From a virus (lineage: Duplodnaviria; Caudoviricetes), in the IMG/VR virus record IMGVR_UViG_3300043466_000937, positions 1 to 54,983 of that record: a stretch of 54,983 nucleotides of DNA, one strand, 5' to 3'. Both the position numbers and the translations under genes were made by a program. The notes below the pieces were generated by a model. That model saw only the letters and a program-made list of their open reading frames with translations, searched no databases and had not been told where the DNA came from. Position 1 is the stretch's first letter; each line of letters starts with the position of its first letter. Shown one piece after another: positions 1 to 7,809 of the stretch.

Positions 1-3
1 GTT

Positions 4-39
4 ATAATGCCACCTATTTGTAAATCTAGGTGGCATTAT
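4..39 (+). promoter_or_regulatory. 13-bp hairpin covering primase SD and start codon; TATAAT at 3-8 overlaps the 5' arm
   Basis: ATAATGCCACCTA (4-16) is the exact reverse complement of TAGGTGGCATTAT (27-39), which contains AGGTGG and the AT of ATG38. Confidence 0.75.
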
Positions 40-1042
40 GTCTTTATACATCGATAAGAAGTTCGTTTCTCTAGTCTCTCCCAAGCTAGAACGGTTCAAG
101 CAGAAATCTGAATACTTGTGGAATTTTAGATGTCCTGTATGTGGTGATTCCCATAAGAACAAGATCAAGGCTCGTGGCTATTTCTATCGGCGCAAGTCTG
201 ATGTGTTCTATACTTGTCATAATTGTGGAACAGGTCTATCTCTTGGTAATTTCCTCAAACTCATAGATAACTCACTATATCGTGAGTATCAAATGGAACG
301 CTACAAGAATGAGTCCTCTGGCAATGTAGCAAAGCCTGACTTTTCGCAAGCTATGGTCAAGCCAGTATTCAAGAAGCGTATTGATCTTCCTACAATCAAT
401 TCACTACCAGAAGATCATGCAGCAAAGCAGTATCTGCTGAAGCGTATGATTCCGCGCGATAGACTTAACGATATCTACTATGCATCTAACTTCAAGAGCT
501 ATGTCATGGAAACTATTCCTGACTATGAGAAGACCTTGTATGATGAGCAAAGGATTATCTTTCCCTTCTATGATGAAGAGAAGACTTTACTTGGCTTTCA
601 AGGTCGTGCATTGGGTGATAGCAAAGTCAAATACATCACAATCAAGCTGAGTGATGACAATAGAAAAGTATTCGGTCTTGATCGTATAGACTTGTCTAAG
701 CGTATCTATGTTGTAGAGGGTCCAATTGACAGTCTATTCTTACAAAACTCTCTTGCAACTATGGACGCATCACTATATAATATTACTCTTTTGCTAGGTA
801 ATCATGACTATGTGTTCATTCACGACAATGAACCTCGCAACTCTTCTATCGTGAAACAGATGTCAAAGACAATAAGTCACAATAAAAATATTTTTATTTG
901 GCCTCAAGATATAGCAGCAAAAGACATCAACGACTATATCTTGACTGGAGCGACACCTAGTGAAATCCAGAGTATTATAGATAGAAATACGTTCTGTGAT
1001 CTGAGGGCAAAACTGGAGTTTGAGAGATGGAAGAAAATTTAG
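38..1042 (+). CDS. gp61: T4-like DNA primase
   Basis: N-terminal zinc ribbon (CPVCGDS...CHNC), TOPRIM motifs VVEGPIDSLF, DNEPRN and KDIND. Confidence 0.95.
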   Translation: MSLYIDKKFVSLVSPKLERFKQKSEYLWNFRCPVCGDSHKNKIKARGYFYRRKSDVFYTCHNCGTGLSLGNFLKLIDNSLYREYQMERYKNESSGNVAKPDFSQAMVKPVFKKRIDLPTINSLPEDHAAKQYLLKRMIPRDRLNDIYYASNFKSYVMETIPDYEKTLYDEQRIIFPFYDEEKTLLGFQGRALGDSKVKYITIKLSDDNRKVFGLDRIDLSKRIYVVEGPIDSLFLQNSLATMDASLYNITLLLGNHDYVFIHDNEPRNSSIVKQMSKTISHNKNIFIWPQDIAAKDINDYILTGATPSEIQSIIDRNTFCDLRAKLEFERWKKI

Positions 1043-1293
1043 TAAGAAAGTTTAGAAAGCGACCTGTGACAATAGAAGCAATGCAGATTACAGATGCAAA
1101 GTCTGTATTAGACATTGAAGAATGGATCAACAGTCCGACCGTTAGTTTCAGCACTAGCCCGCCTGCACTTTGGATAGACACACTAGAAGGTCGTATGGAA
1201 GGTGGTCAGAGCGACTGGATCATCAAGGGTGTGAACGGTGAGTTCTATCCTTGCAAGAATGAAATCTTTATCAAGACATATCAGGAAGTGTGA
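1027..1293 (+). CDS. conserved phage hypothetical protein (PGDYG-like)
   Basis: KFRKRPVTIEAMQ...TLEG...DWIIKGVNGEFYPCK motif, common in phages. Confidence 0.75.
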   Translation: MEENLVRKFRKRPVTIEAMQITDAKSVLDIEEWINSPTVSFSTSPPALWIDTLEGRMEGGQSDWIIKGVNGEFYPCKNEIFIKTYQEV

Positions 1294-1844
1294 TGCACTA
1301 TCGTAGATTTTGGGAAAAATTTCACGGCCCTATTCCCGATGGTTTTGAGATACATCACATAGATGGCGATAGGTCTAACAATGATCTATCCAATCTCAAG
1401 TTAGTCTCTATCGAAGAACATCTAGAGATACATAGATCGCAAGGTGACATTGGTGCTGTTCAAGCGATATTGATCCGTATGAATGAGTATGATAGTGAAG
1501 AGATTGCTAGACTTGCCTCTATCACTCAAAAGAAGTTGATTGACGAAGGTGTCCATAACTTTCAGAGGATTGACAGAAAACAAGTCAGCAAAAAGACAAT
1601 GCAGAAAAGATTACAGTCGGGCAAGCCTGCATTTCTTGGTATAGCAGACACTAAAGCAAACTCTATGAAGGCAGGTCTTGCGGCAAAAGCAAAGAAGGCT
1701 GGCTATCTAGATACTAATAGCGACAATCACGGTAGCAAACATGTGATTGGAACTTGCTGGTGGACTCATAGTTCAGGAGCAAGAAAGAGAAGCAAAGACA
1801 AACCCGGTAATGATTGGTCAAGAGGAATGAAATATAATGGGTAG
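1293..1844 (+). CDS. free-standing HNH homing endonuclease
   Basis: HGPIPDGFEIHHIDGDRSNNDLSNL...H (HNH_3-type) followed by a basic C-terminal region. Confidence 0.85.
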   Translation: MHYRRFWEKFHGPIPDGFEIHHIDGDRSNNDLSNLKLVSIEEHLEIHRSQGDIGAVQAILIRMNEYDSEEIARLASITQKKLIDEGVHNFQRIDRKQVSKKTMQKRLQSGKPAFLGIADTKANSMKAGLAAKAKKAGYLDTNSDNHGSKHVIGTCWWTHSSGARKRSKDKPGNDWSRGMKYNG

Positions 1845-2493
1845 TGTGAAACTTGTGGCTATGACAAAGCCGATGATTGAGGGAGTGGAAACTCCAGAAC
1901 AGTTTATTGCTTACTGTGCTAGAGTATCCAATCCTAGCAATCAGTTGAATAATGAAACGGCAGAGAAGTTGTTGACCTATTGCGTGAAGAATAAGCATTG
2001 GTCAATCTTTGAAACTGTGAACATTGTGCTTGAGATCCAGACCACGCGCGATATTGCAAGGCAGATCCTTCGTCATCGTTCGTTCTCGTTTCAAGAGTTC
2101 AGCCAGCGTTATGCAGAAGTTACTGATAGTATGTTTGAACAGCGTGAAGCTCGTTTACAAGATACTAAGAATCGTCAGAACAGCATTGAAAATGAAGACG
2201 GTCATTTAGATATTGAGTTTAGACTTGCTCAACATAAAGTTACAGAGTTAGCAAAGTCTGCTTACAAATGGGCAATAGAAAATGGCATCGCAAAGGAAGT
2301 TGCTCGTTCTGTTCTTCCTGAAGGTCTCACTATGTCACGCATGTATATGTCAGGATCACTCCGTTCATGGATCCACTACTGTGAATTACGTATGGCCAAC
2401 GGAACGCAGAAAGAACATCGTCTAATCGCAGAACAATGTTGGAATGTTATCGTTGAACAATTCCCCTCACTTAAGACCGTATTAGAACAATAA
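1837..2493 (+). CDS. thyX: FAD-dependent thymidylate synthase ThyX
   Basis: RHRSFSFQEFSQRY signature (RHRx7S), plus HWSIFE and QKEHR. Confidence 0.96.
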   Translation: MGSVKLVAMTKPMIEGVETPEQFIAYCARVSNPSNQLNNETAEKLLTYCVKNKHWSIFETVNIVLEIQTTRDIARQILRHRSFSFQEFSQRYAEVTDSMFEQREARLQDTKNRQNSIENEDGHLDIEFRLAQHKVTELAKSAYKWAIENGIAKEVARSVLPEGLTMSRMYMSGSLRSWIHYCELRMANGTQKEHRLIAEQCWNVIVEQFPSLKTVLEQ

Positions 2494-2514
2494 AAACAAT
2501 TTAGGAGTATTCGT

Positions 2515-4449
2515 ATGTCAGGCAGTAATATGTTACCGTCTCTGTATCAAGAGTTCATTCATAAGTCTCGTTATGCCCGTTGGCTATGGGATGAAAATCG
2601 TAGAGAGAACTGGGACGAAACAGTCGCCCGTTATTTCAATTTCTTTGATGAACATATCAAGGAAACCACTGGTTACAATGTGACCGCAGAAGAGCGTAAG
2701 CAGCTAGAAGAAGCTGTTCTTAATCTTGAAATCATGCCGTCAATGCGTTGCTTGATGACTGCTGGTGAAGCTCTCAAGCGTGAGAACGTTGCTGGCTATA
2801 ACTGTTCGTATGTTGCTGTTGATAGCCCTCGGTCATTTGATGAAATTCTTTACATTCTTATGAATGGCACTGGCGTTGGTTTCTCTGTTGAATCAAAGTA
2901 TGTAGAGCAACTGCCTATTGTTCCTGACGAACTGTATCCAACTGACACGACTATTCAGGTTGCAGACTCAAAGCTTGGTTGGGCAAAGGCTCTCAAGGAA
3001 CTGGTGCATCTTTTGTATGCTGGTCAAGTCCCAAGCTGGGATGTATCAAAGGTTCGCCCTGCTGGCGCACCACTCAAGACATTTGGTGGTCGTGCATCTG
3101 GCCCGCAGCCGCTGACCGATCTATTCAAGTTCGTAGTTGCATCATTCAAGAAGGCTGCCGGTCGTCGTTTAACTACATTGGAGGCACATGATATCGTTTG
3201 TAAGATCGCTGAAATTGTGGTTGTCGGCGGCGTTCGTAGATCCGCGCTTATTTCTCTTTCTGACCTTAGTGATGATAGAATGCGCGTTGCAAAGTCTGGT
3301 GACTGGTGGAAAGAGAATGTCCAACGCGCTCTTGCTAACAACTCTTTCGTTGCTAAAGAGAAGCCTGATGTGGGCCTCTTCATGCGTGAGTGGCTTTCCC
3401 TCTATGAGTCGCGCTCTGGCGAACGCGGCATTTTTAGTAGAACTGCGTCTAAGAAGCAAGCAGAGAAGTTCGGACGCCGTGATCCTGAACACGATTTCGG
3501 CACCAACCCATGTTCTGAAATCATTCTCCGTTCACGCGAGTTCTGTAATCTTACAGAGGTGGTCGTCAGAGGAGATGATACACCCGAATCACTCAAGCGC
3601 AAGGTCAAACTCGCAACTATACTTGGTACATTCCAATCCACACTTACCAACTTCAAATACCTGAGCAAGAAGTGGTCTGAGAACTGTGCTGAAGAGCGTC
3701 TTCTTGGTGTGTCATTGACTGGTATCATGGACAATGAATACACAAACGGTCGTGCAACACAAGCTACAGGACTGTTTAATATTGGTGATATGTTGGAGGG
3801 TCTCCGTGAAGAAGCTGTTAAGACTAACAAGTTATGGGCTGCTAAACTTAATATTCCTATCTCCGCTGCTATCACTTGCGTCAAGCCTAGTGGAACGGTA
3901 TCACAGCTTGTCGACTCTGCAAGTGGTATTCATGCTCGTCACTCTCCTTATTATATTAGAACTGTTCGTGCAGATAAGAAGGATCCTCTCGCAGTTATGA
4001 TGAAGGACATGGGCTTCCCATGTGAAGATGATGTTATGAAGCCAGAGCATACATATGTGTTCTCGTTCCCGCAGAAATCTCCTGATCATGCTGTATTCCG
4101 CACTGATATGACTGCTATTGAACAGCTTGAACTATGGCTTGTTTATCAACGTCATTTCTGCGAACATAAGCCTTCTGTTACTATCTCTGTGAAGGAAGAT
4201 GAGTGGCCAGAAGTTGGCGCATGGGTCTACAATCACTTTGATGAAATGTCAGGCGTTTCATTCCTGCCATTCTCTGATCACGTTTATCAGCAAGCTCCTT
4301 ATCAGGACTGCACGAAGGAAGAATACGAAGCACTTGCAGCTAAGATGCCAAAAGATATTGATTGGACAATGTTAGCTAAGTATGAGAAGCGTGACAGCAC
4401 CACTGGTTCTCAAGAACTCGCGTGTGTCGCTGGAGGATGCGAAATCTAA
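2515..4449 (+). CDS. nrdJ: class II adenosylcobalamin-dependent ribonucleotide reductase (monomeric RTPR-like)
   Basis: GYNCSY, GTNPCSEI, FCNLTE, TCVKPSGTVS, C-terminal ACVAGGCEI; no adjacent beta subunit. Confidence 0.92.
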   Translation: MSGSNMLPSLYQEFIHKSRYARWLWDENRRENWDETVARYFNFFDEHIKETTGYNVTAEERKQLEEAVLNLEIMPSMRCLMTAGEALKRENVAGYNCSYVAVDSPRSFDEILYILMNGTGVGFSVESKYVEQLPIVPDELYPTDTTIQVADSKLGWAKALKELVHLLYAGQVPSWDVSKVRPAGAPLKTFGGRASGPQPLTDLFKFVVASFKKAAGRRLTTLEAHDIVCKIAEIVVVGGVRRSALISLSDLSDDRMRVAKSGDWWKENVQRALANNSFVAKEKPDVGLFMREWLSLYESRSGERGIFSRTASKKQAEKFGRRDPEHDFGTNPCSEIILRSREFCNLTEVVVRGDDTPESLKRKVKLATILGTFQSTLTNFKYLSKKWSENCAEERLLGVSLTGIMDNEYTNGRATQATGLFNIGDMLEGLREEAVKTNKLWAAKLNIPISAAITCVKPSGTVSQLVDSASGIHARHSPYYIRTVRADKKDPLAVMMKDMGFPCEDDVMKPEHTYVFSFPQKSPDHAVFRTDMTAIEQLELWLVYQRHFCEHKPSVTISVKEDEWPEVGAWVYNHFDEMSGVSFLPFSDHVYQQAPYQDCTKEEYEALAAKMPKDIDWTMLAKYEKRDSTTGSQELACVAGGCEI

Positions 4450-4460
4450 AGGAAACAAAA

Positions 4461-4622
4461 ATGACAAAAGAAGTAGATAAGATAAAATGCAACTACTGTG
4501 AGTCATCATACAAAGTGCTTTACGACTATGAAGAAACACAGGGGCAGCCTCGTTTCTGCTCCTTCTGTGGTGAAGAATGTTTTGATGAAGATGAAGTAGA
4601 AGTGGAAAATGAAGATGAGTAA
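4461..4622 (+). CDS. small acidic zinc-ribbon protein
   Basis: CNYC...CSFC with acidic tail; SD AAGGA upstream. Confidence 0.7.
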   Translation: MTKEVDKIKCNYCESSYKVLYDYEETQGQPRFCSFCGEECFDEDEVEVENEDE

Positions 4623-4779
4623 GATTTTGAAATGGTTCTTTACACCATATGAAGAAGATGATGTATCGCTGTATGTTCATAGTGGTGTTGGATACTCAGG
4701 TATAGACTTTGACTTATGGTATGCACAACCGGCAAGATTGAAACATTGTGGTGTTGGTTTTGGAGGTACGTATGACTGA
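4615..4779 (+). CDS. hypothetical protein (54 aa, not in ORF track)
   Basis: MSKILKWFFTPYEEDD...GFGGTYD, overlaps both neighbours by a few bases. Confidence 0.55.
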   Translation: MSKILKWFFTPYEEDDVSLYVHSGVGYSGIDFDLWYAQPARLKHCGVGFGGTYD

Positions 4780-5179
4780 TTATGCAAAGGGCTTCAAGGA
4801 CGGTTTTGCTGCTGGGCTTGAAGAAGGCAAGAAGCTTGTTGAAGATCGGTGGCGTAAAGAGCAGATCAAGAAGATTGAAGATGATCTTCATAAGTTGCCT
4901 AAACCGCAGCCGCGCCTTGATGATTATATATTTGGCGCAAAAGAGAAGTGTCCTAAGTGTGGTATAAGTCTAAGTGGTGTGATGGGATATGTTTGTTCAT
5001 CACCAAACTGCCCAACATTTCCTCAAGTGACATGCGAAGTAGGTCGACCTTTGACAGGTGCCGTAGGTGCAGTGAATATCGATGCGCCGGCAGTTGATCT
5101 TGGTGGTTGGGACGGCAAAGGCTCAAGACACGGTTGGTATGATCATCACGGTAAGTGGCAACCTGATCGCGGAAGGTAA
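4772..5179 (+). CDS. hypothetical protein with zinc-finger-like motif
   Basis: SD GGAGG before ATG4772; CPKC...CSSPNC. Confidence 0.7.
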   Translation: MTDYAKGFKDGFAAGLEEGKKLVEDRWRKEQIKKIEDDLHKLPKPQPRLDDYIFGAKEKCPKCGISLSGVMGYVCSSPNCPTFPQVTCEVGRPLTGAVGAVNIDAPAVDLGGWDGKGSRHGWYDHHGKWQPDRGR

Positions 5180-5199
5180 CATACATACTCTAAAAGGGT

Positions 5200-5607
5200 A
5201 TGATCATGTGGCTTTACAACGACAAAGAAATTGGTGATGACGATATCGAAGGCTATGTGTCCTTTGTGTATCGCATCACCAATCTAGAAAATGGAAAACA
5301 ATATATTGGTAAAAAGAACTTCACGAAAGTCCGAAGCAAAAAAGTTAAAGGGCAAACGCGAAAGAAAAAAGTCAAAAGTGAAAGTGACTGGCGCGAATAC
5401 TTTGGTTCAAACCTCACACTTCTTGGAGACGTTGAGAAACTGGGACGAGACAGATTCAAAAGAGAAATATTGAAACTCTGCAAGTCTAAAGGTACAGCGA
5501 ACTATTGGGAAGCTTGGCATCAGATGAATGAGAACGTTTTGGAATCTGATGGGTACTACAATGACTGGATCATGGTCAAAGTCCACAGGTCGCACATCAA
5601 AGAGTAG
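5200..5607 (+). CDS. GIY-YIG endonuclease family protein
   Basis: FVYRITNLENGKQYIGKK, ESDWREYFGS, FKREIL, YYN. Confidence 0.85.
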   Translation: MIMWLYNDKEIGDDDIEGYVSFVYRITNLENGKQYIGKKNFTKVRSKKVKGQTRKKKVKSESDWREYFGSNLTLLGDVEKLGRDRFKREILKLCKSKGTANYWEAWHQMNENVLESDGYYNDWIMVKVHRSHIKE

Positions 5608-5623
5608 CGACAATCTGTCATGC

Positions 5624-5635
5624 TGCATTGCACAA
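5624..5635 (+). promoter_or_regulatory. candidate PhaR/AniA-type operator
   Basis: intergenic TGCATTGCACAA fits the TGCRNYGCASMA consensus recalled for rhizobial PhaR. Confidence 0.35.
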
Positions 5636-5687
5636 CGTGAAATACTATATACTAGTGTATCACAACATGACTGAAAGGAGTCCTACC

Positions 5688-5870
5688 ATGATTGCATGGG
5701 GAAGAGCATTTATAGCGGCTATGAGCGGATTTGGTGACTCAAGAGAGTCCGGATTGATTAGAATGTTTCGTACCGAGTATGGAAAAGAGTATCATTGGAT
5801 GAAAAAGAACGGATATGAGATTAATGATAGCTTTGTGAGAACATTCTTAGAATTGAAAAAGCAGTCCTAA
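5688..5870 (+). CDS. hypothetical protein
   Basis: strong SD AAAGGAG upstream of ATG5688. Confidence 0.7.
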   Translation: MIAWGRAFIAAMSGFGDSRESGLIRMFRTEYGKEYHWMKKNGYEINDSFVRTFLELKKQS

Positions 5871-5897
5871 ACAATACTAGAAGTTGTATTCTATGGT

Positions 5898-5930
5898 AAA
5901 TGGCAGAAATTCAGTTTTCTGCCATTTTTT
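5898..5930 (+). terminator. intrinsic terminator
   Basis: AAATGGCAGAAA / TTTCTGCCATTT stem ending in a T run. Confidence 0.8.
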
Positions 5931-5932
5931 GT

Positions 5933-5961
5933 TTGACATTTATTTCCGTATCCAGTATATT
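5933..5961 (+). promoter_or_regulatory. sigma70-type early promoter
   Basis: TTGACA-N17-TATATT. Confidence 0.75.
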
Positions 5962-5985
5962 CTCTTTGTAACAACGGAGATGCAC

Positions 5986-6171
5986 ATGTTTAACAAGATC
6001 ATTCTCTTCATCAATGACAAGCTTGCTACTGCAACTCTCTATTCTATCTTTGAAAACGAGCGTCTTGCTCACGCACAAGCTGTAATCGCTTTGAAGTTGC
6101 AAACTGCGCTTCGTAAGCTCTTCAACATTGAATTCGACTACGAAAATAACGAATTCTACATCGAAAAGTGA
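5986..6171 (+). CDS. hypothetical early protein
   Basis: SD GGAG, directly after a promoter. Confidence 0.65.
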   Translation: MFNKIILFINDKLATATLYSIFENERLAHAQAVIALKLQTALRKLFNIEFDYENNEFYIEK

Positions 6172-6180
6172 AGAAAAGAG

Positions 6181-6208
6181 TTGACATTCTCTCCGTATCC
6201 TTTATAAA
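6181..6208 (+). promoter_or_regulatory. sigma70-type early promoter
   Basis: TTGACA-N16-TATAAA; spacer and leader resemble the 5933 promoter. Confidence 0.7.
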
Positions 6209-6238
6209 TGTCTCTGTAACAACGAAAGAGGTTCTCGA

Positions 6239-6508
6239 ATGTCTTACGTGATCTACAACACCGAAACGACTCGTCTCGCTGGAGGTTCCTTCAATTACAA
6301 AGTTTATCCGACAGAGCGTGGAGCCAAGATTGCTCTTGCTCGTCTTGATAACAAGTCTGACTTTGCTATCGCTGAAATCAATCACTTCTACGCAAACATT
6401 GAGAAGAAAGAAACGAAGCGCAACATGATGAGTGGAAAAGAATTCACTCAGGGTGTGAACACTCCTCTGTGCTGTGATCCGTCTTCTGAAACTTACTGGA
6501 GCATGTAA
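6239..6508 (+). CDS. hypothetical early protein
   Basis: SD GAGG; C-terminal TPLCCDPSSETYWSM motif common in phages. Confidence 0.75.
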   Translation: MSYVIYNTETTRLAGGSFNYKVYPTERGAKIALARLDNKSDFAIAEINHFYANIEKKETKRNMMSGKEFTQGVNTPLCCDPSSETYWSM

Positions 6509-6576
6509 TGTGGTTCTTGATCTACGTTATCGTGATGTGGATCATATTCATCATACTTCTAGAAGCGATAGAATAA
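6508..6576 (+). CDS. 22-aa single-TM peptide (not in ORF track)
   Basis: TAATG coupling; MWFLIYVIVMWIIFIILLEAIE fills the gap between neighbours. Confidence 0.45.
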   Translation: MWFLIYVIVMWIIFIILLEAIE

Positions 6577-6579
6577 CTA

Positions 6580-6807
6580 ATGGAACTTATGCACATGAAA
6601 AAGTATAGTGCGCGTCATGGTGGACCGTTTGATCGTGGTAGTGCTGACAGTTACTATCGACGTGGATATGAACCTCACTACTATGTGGGCAATACATATA
6701 GTACGCCTCGTGTAGATGCAGCAGATATGACTACTGAAGAACTTGCTGCATACAAAGCAGGTTATGATGAGAATGAAGCTGCTGGAAATTTCAAAGACTG
6801 GCGATAA
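6580..6807 (+). CDS. conserved phage hypothetical protein
   Basis: RHGGPFDRGSADSYY...AYKAGYDENE motif. Confidence 0.75.
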   Translation: MELMHMKKYSARHGGPFDRGSADSYYRRGYEPHYYVGNTYSTPRVDAADMTTEELAAYKAGYDENEAAGNFKDWR

Positions 6808-6814
6808 TAAAAAA

Positions 6815-7177
6815 ATGGCACTTGTATATATCAAGACTTCATCTGATCGTAAAAAGCCGTCCGCTAAGACACTGCGTCTACGTGAGGAACGTAAAGAATA
6901 TTTCAAGTCTGTACTCAAGGGTTCTGTTAAGGAACGCCCAATTAATTTGCCTGAGCCATTGCCGAAGCGAGAATTAGCACCACTGTCTAACTCTGTCGGC
7001 AATGGCTTCAAGCGGTCTGTTGAAGACTACAAGTGGAAGCGCGACCGTGAAGAGTCCGTTGCAACCATCAAAGAGATTGAACGTAAGAAAACTCGCGTTG
7101 CTCCAGCTTATAATAAGGGTGCTATTCAATACTTGACTGACGGAACTGATCCTGCTACAATTGGTCGTAAGATATAG
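6815..7177 (+). CDS. conserved T4-like hypothetical protein
   Basis: basic protein with APAYNKGAIQY motif. Confidence 0.7.
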   Translation: MALVYIKTSSDRKKPSAKTLRLREERKEYFKSVLKGSVKERPINLPEPLPKRELAPLSNSVGNGFKRSVEDYKWKRDREESVATIKEIERKKTRVAPAYNKGAIQYLTDGTDPATIGRKI

Positions 7178-7189
7178 AAAGGACAGAAA

Positions 7190-7372
7190 ATGAAGTATCG
7201 GATCTTTCTTGTGGAATCTGAACGCGGTTGGGGCCAAGAGTATTGGCATGAGGATTACGATACATATCAGGAAGCCAAGTCGCGTATTCAAAAGGTGAAC
7301 TCTGCTAATAAAGCAGGACCTGCTCCTGATTGGTATATGCAAGCTGAAGATAGGATTGAGTGTGTAGAATGA
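7190..7372 (+). CDS. hypothetical protein
   Basis: SD AAGGA; ESERGWGQ motif. Confidence 0.65.
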   Translation: MKYRIFLVESERGWGQEYWHEDYDTYQEAKSRIQKVNSANKAGPAPDWYMQAEDRIECVE

Positions 7373-7809
7373 CCAAGGTTATCGTTTTTGACATTGATGG
7401 CACTCTTGCGAACATTGAGCATCGGCGTGCCTTTGTCGCAACGAAGCCAAAGAACTGGAAAGCTTTCAATGCTGGTATCGTGAATGATACTCCGCATGAG
7501 GACATTGTACATCTTTCTACTATGCTTGTAGCCGCTGGTAATACTCTGCTTCTTTGCTCAGGTCGTAGCGAAGATCAGCGGCGGGAAACTGTAGTGCAGA
7601 TGACGAATTTTGGTGTTCTGTACTCCAAGCTGTACATGAGACCTGCGAAAGATCATCGGCCTGATGATATCATCAAGGTTGAACTGCTTCAGCAGATCCG
7701 TGCTGAGTTCGGCAATCCGTTTCTGTGGTTTGATGACCGCACTCGCGTAGTCAATGCAATCCGTGCTGAAGGCGTTCGTGTCCTTCAGGTAGCACCAGGA
7801 GATTTCTAA
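7369..7809 (+). CDS. HAD-family 3'-phosphatase (PseT phosphatase-domain-like)
   Basis: FDIDGTLA, SGR, LYMR...D.RPD..IK, FDDR. Confidence 0.88.
   Translation: MTKVIVFDIDGTLANIEHRRAFVATKPKNWKAFNAGIVNDTPHEDIVHLSTMLVAAGNTLLLCSGRSEDQRRETVVQMTNFGVLYSKLYMRPAKDHRPDDIIKVELLQQIRAEFGNPFLWFDDRTRVVNAIRAEGVRVLQVAPGDF

Noticed and set aside
38-4449. Introns or inteins in primase, thyX or nrdJ
   Set aside because: ORFs are continuous and of normal family length, with no intein terminal motifs evident
5200-5607. GIY-YIG ORF as a mobile Seg-like homing endonuclease
   Set aside because: Single short catalytic domain without a DNA-binding extension; more like the conserved small GIY-YIG nucleases of T4-like phages
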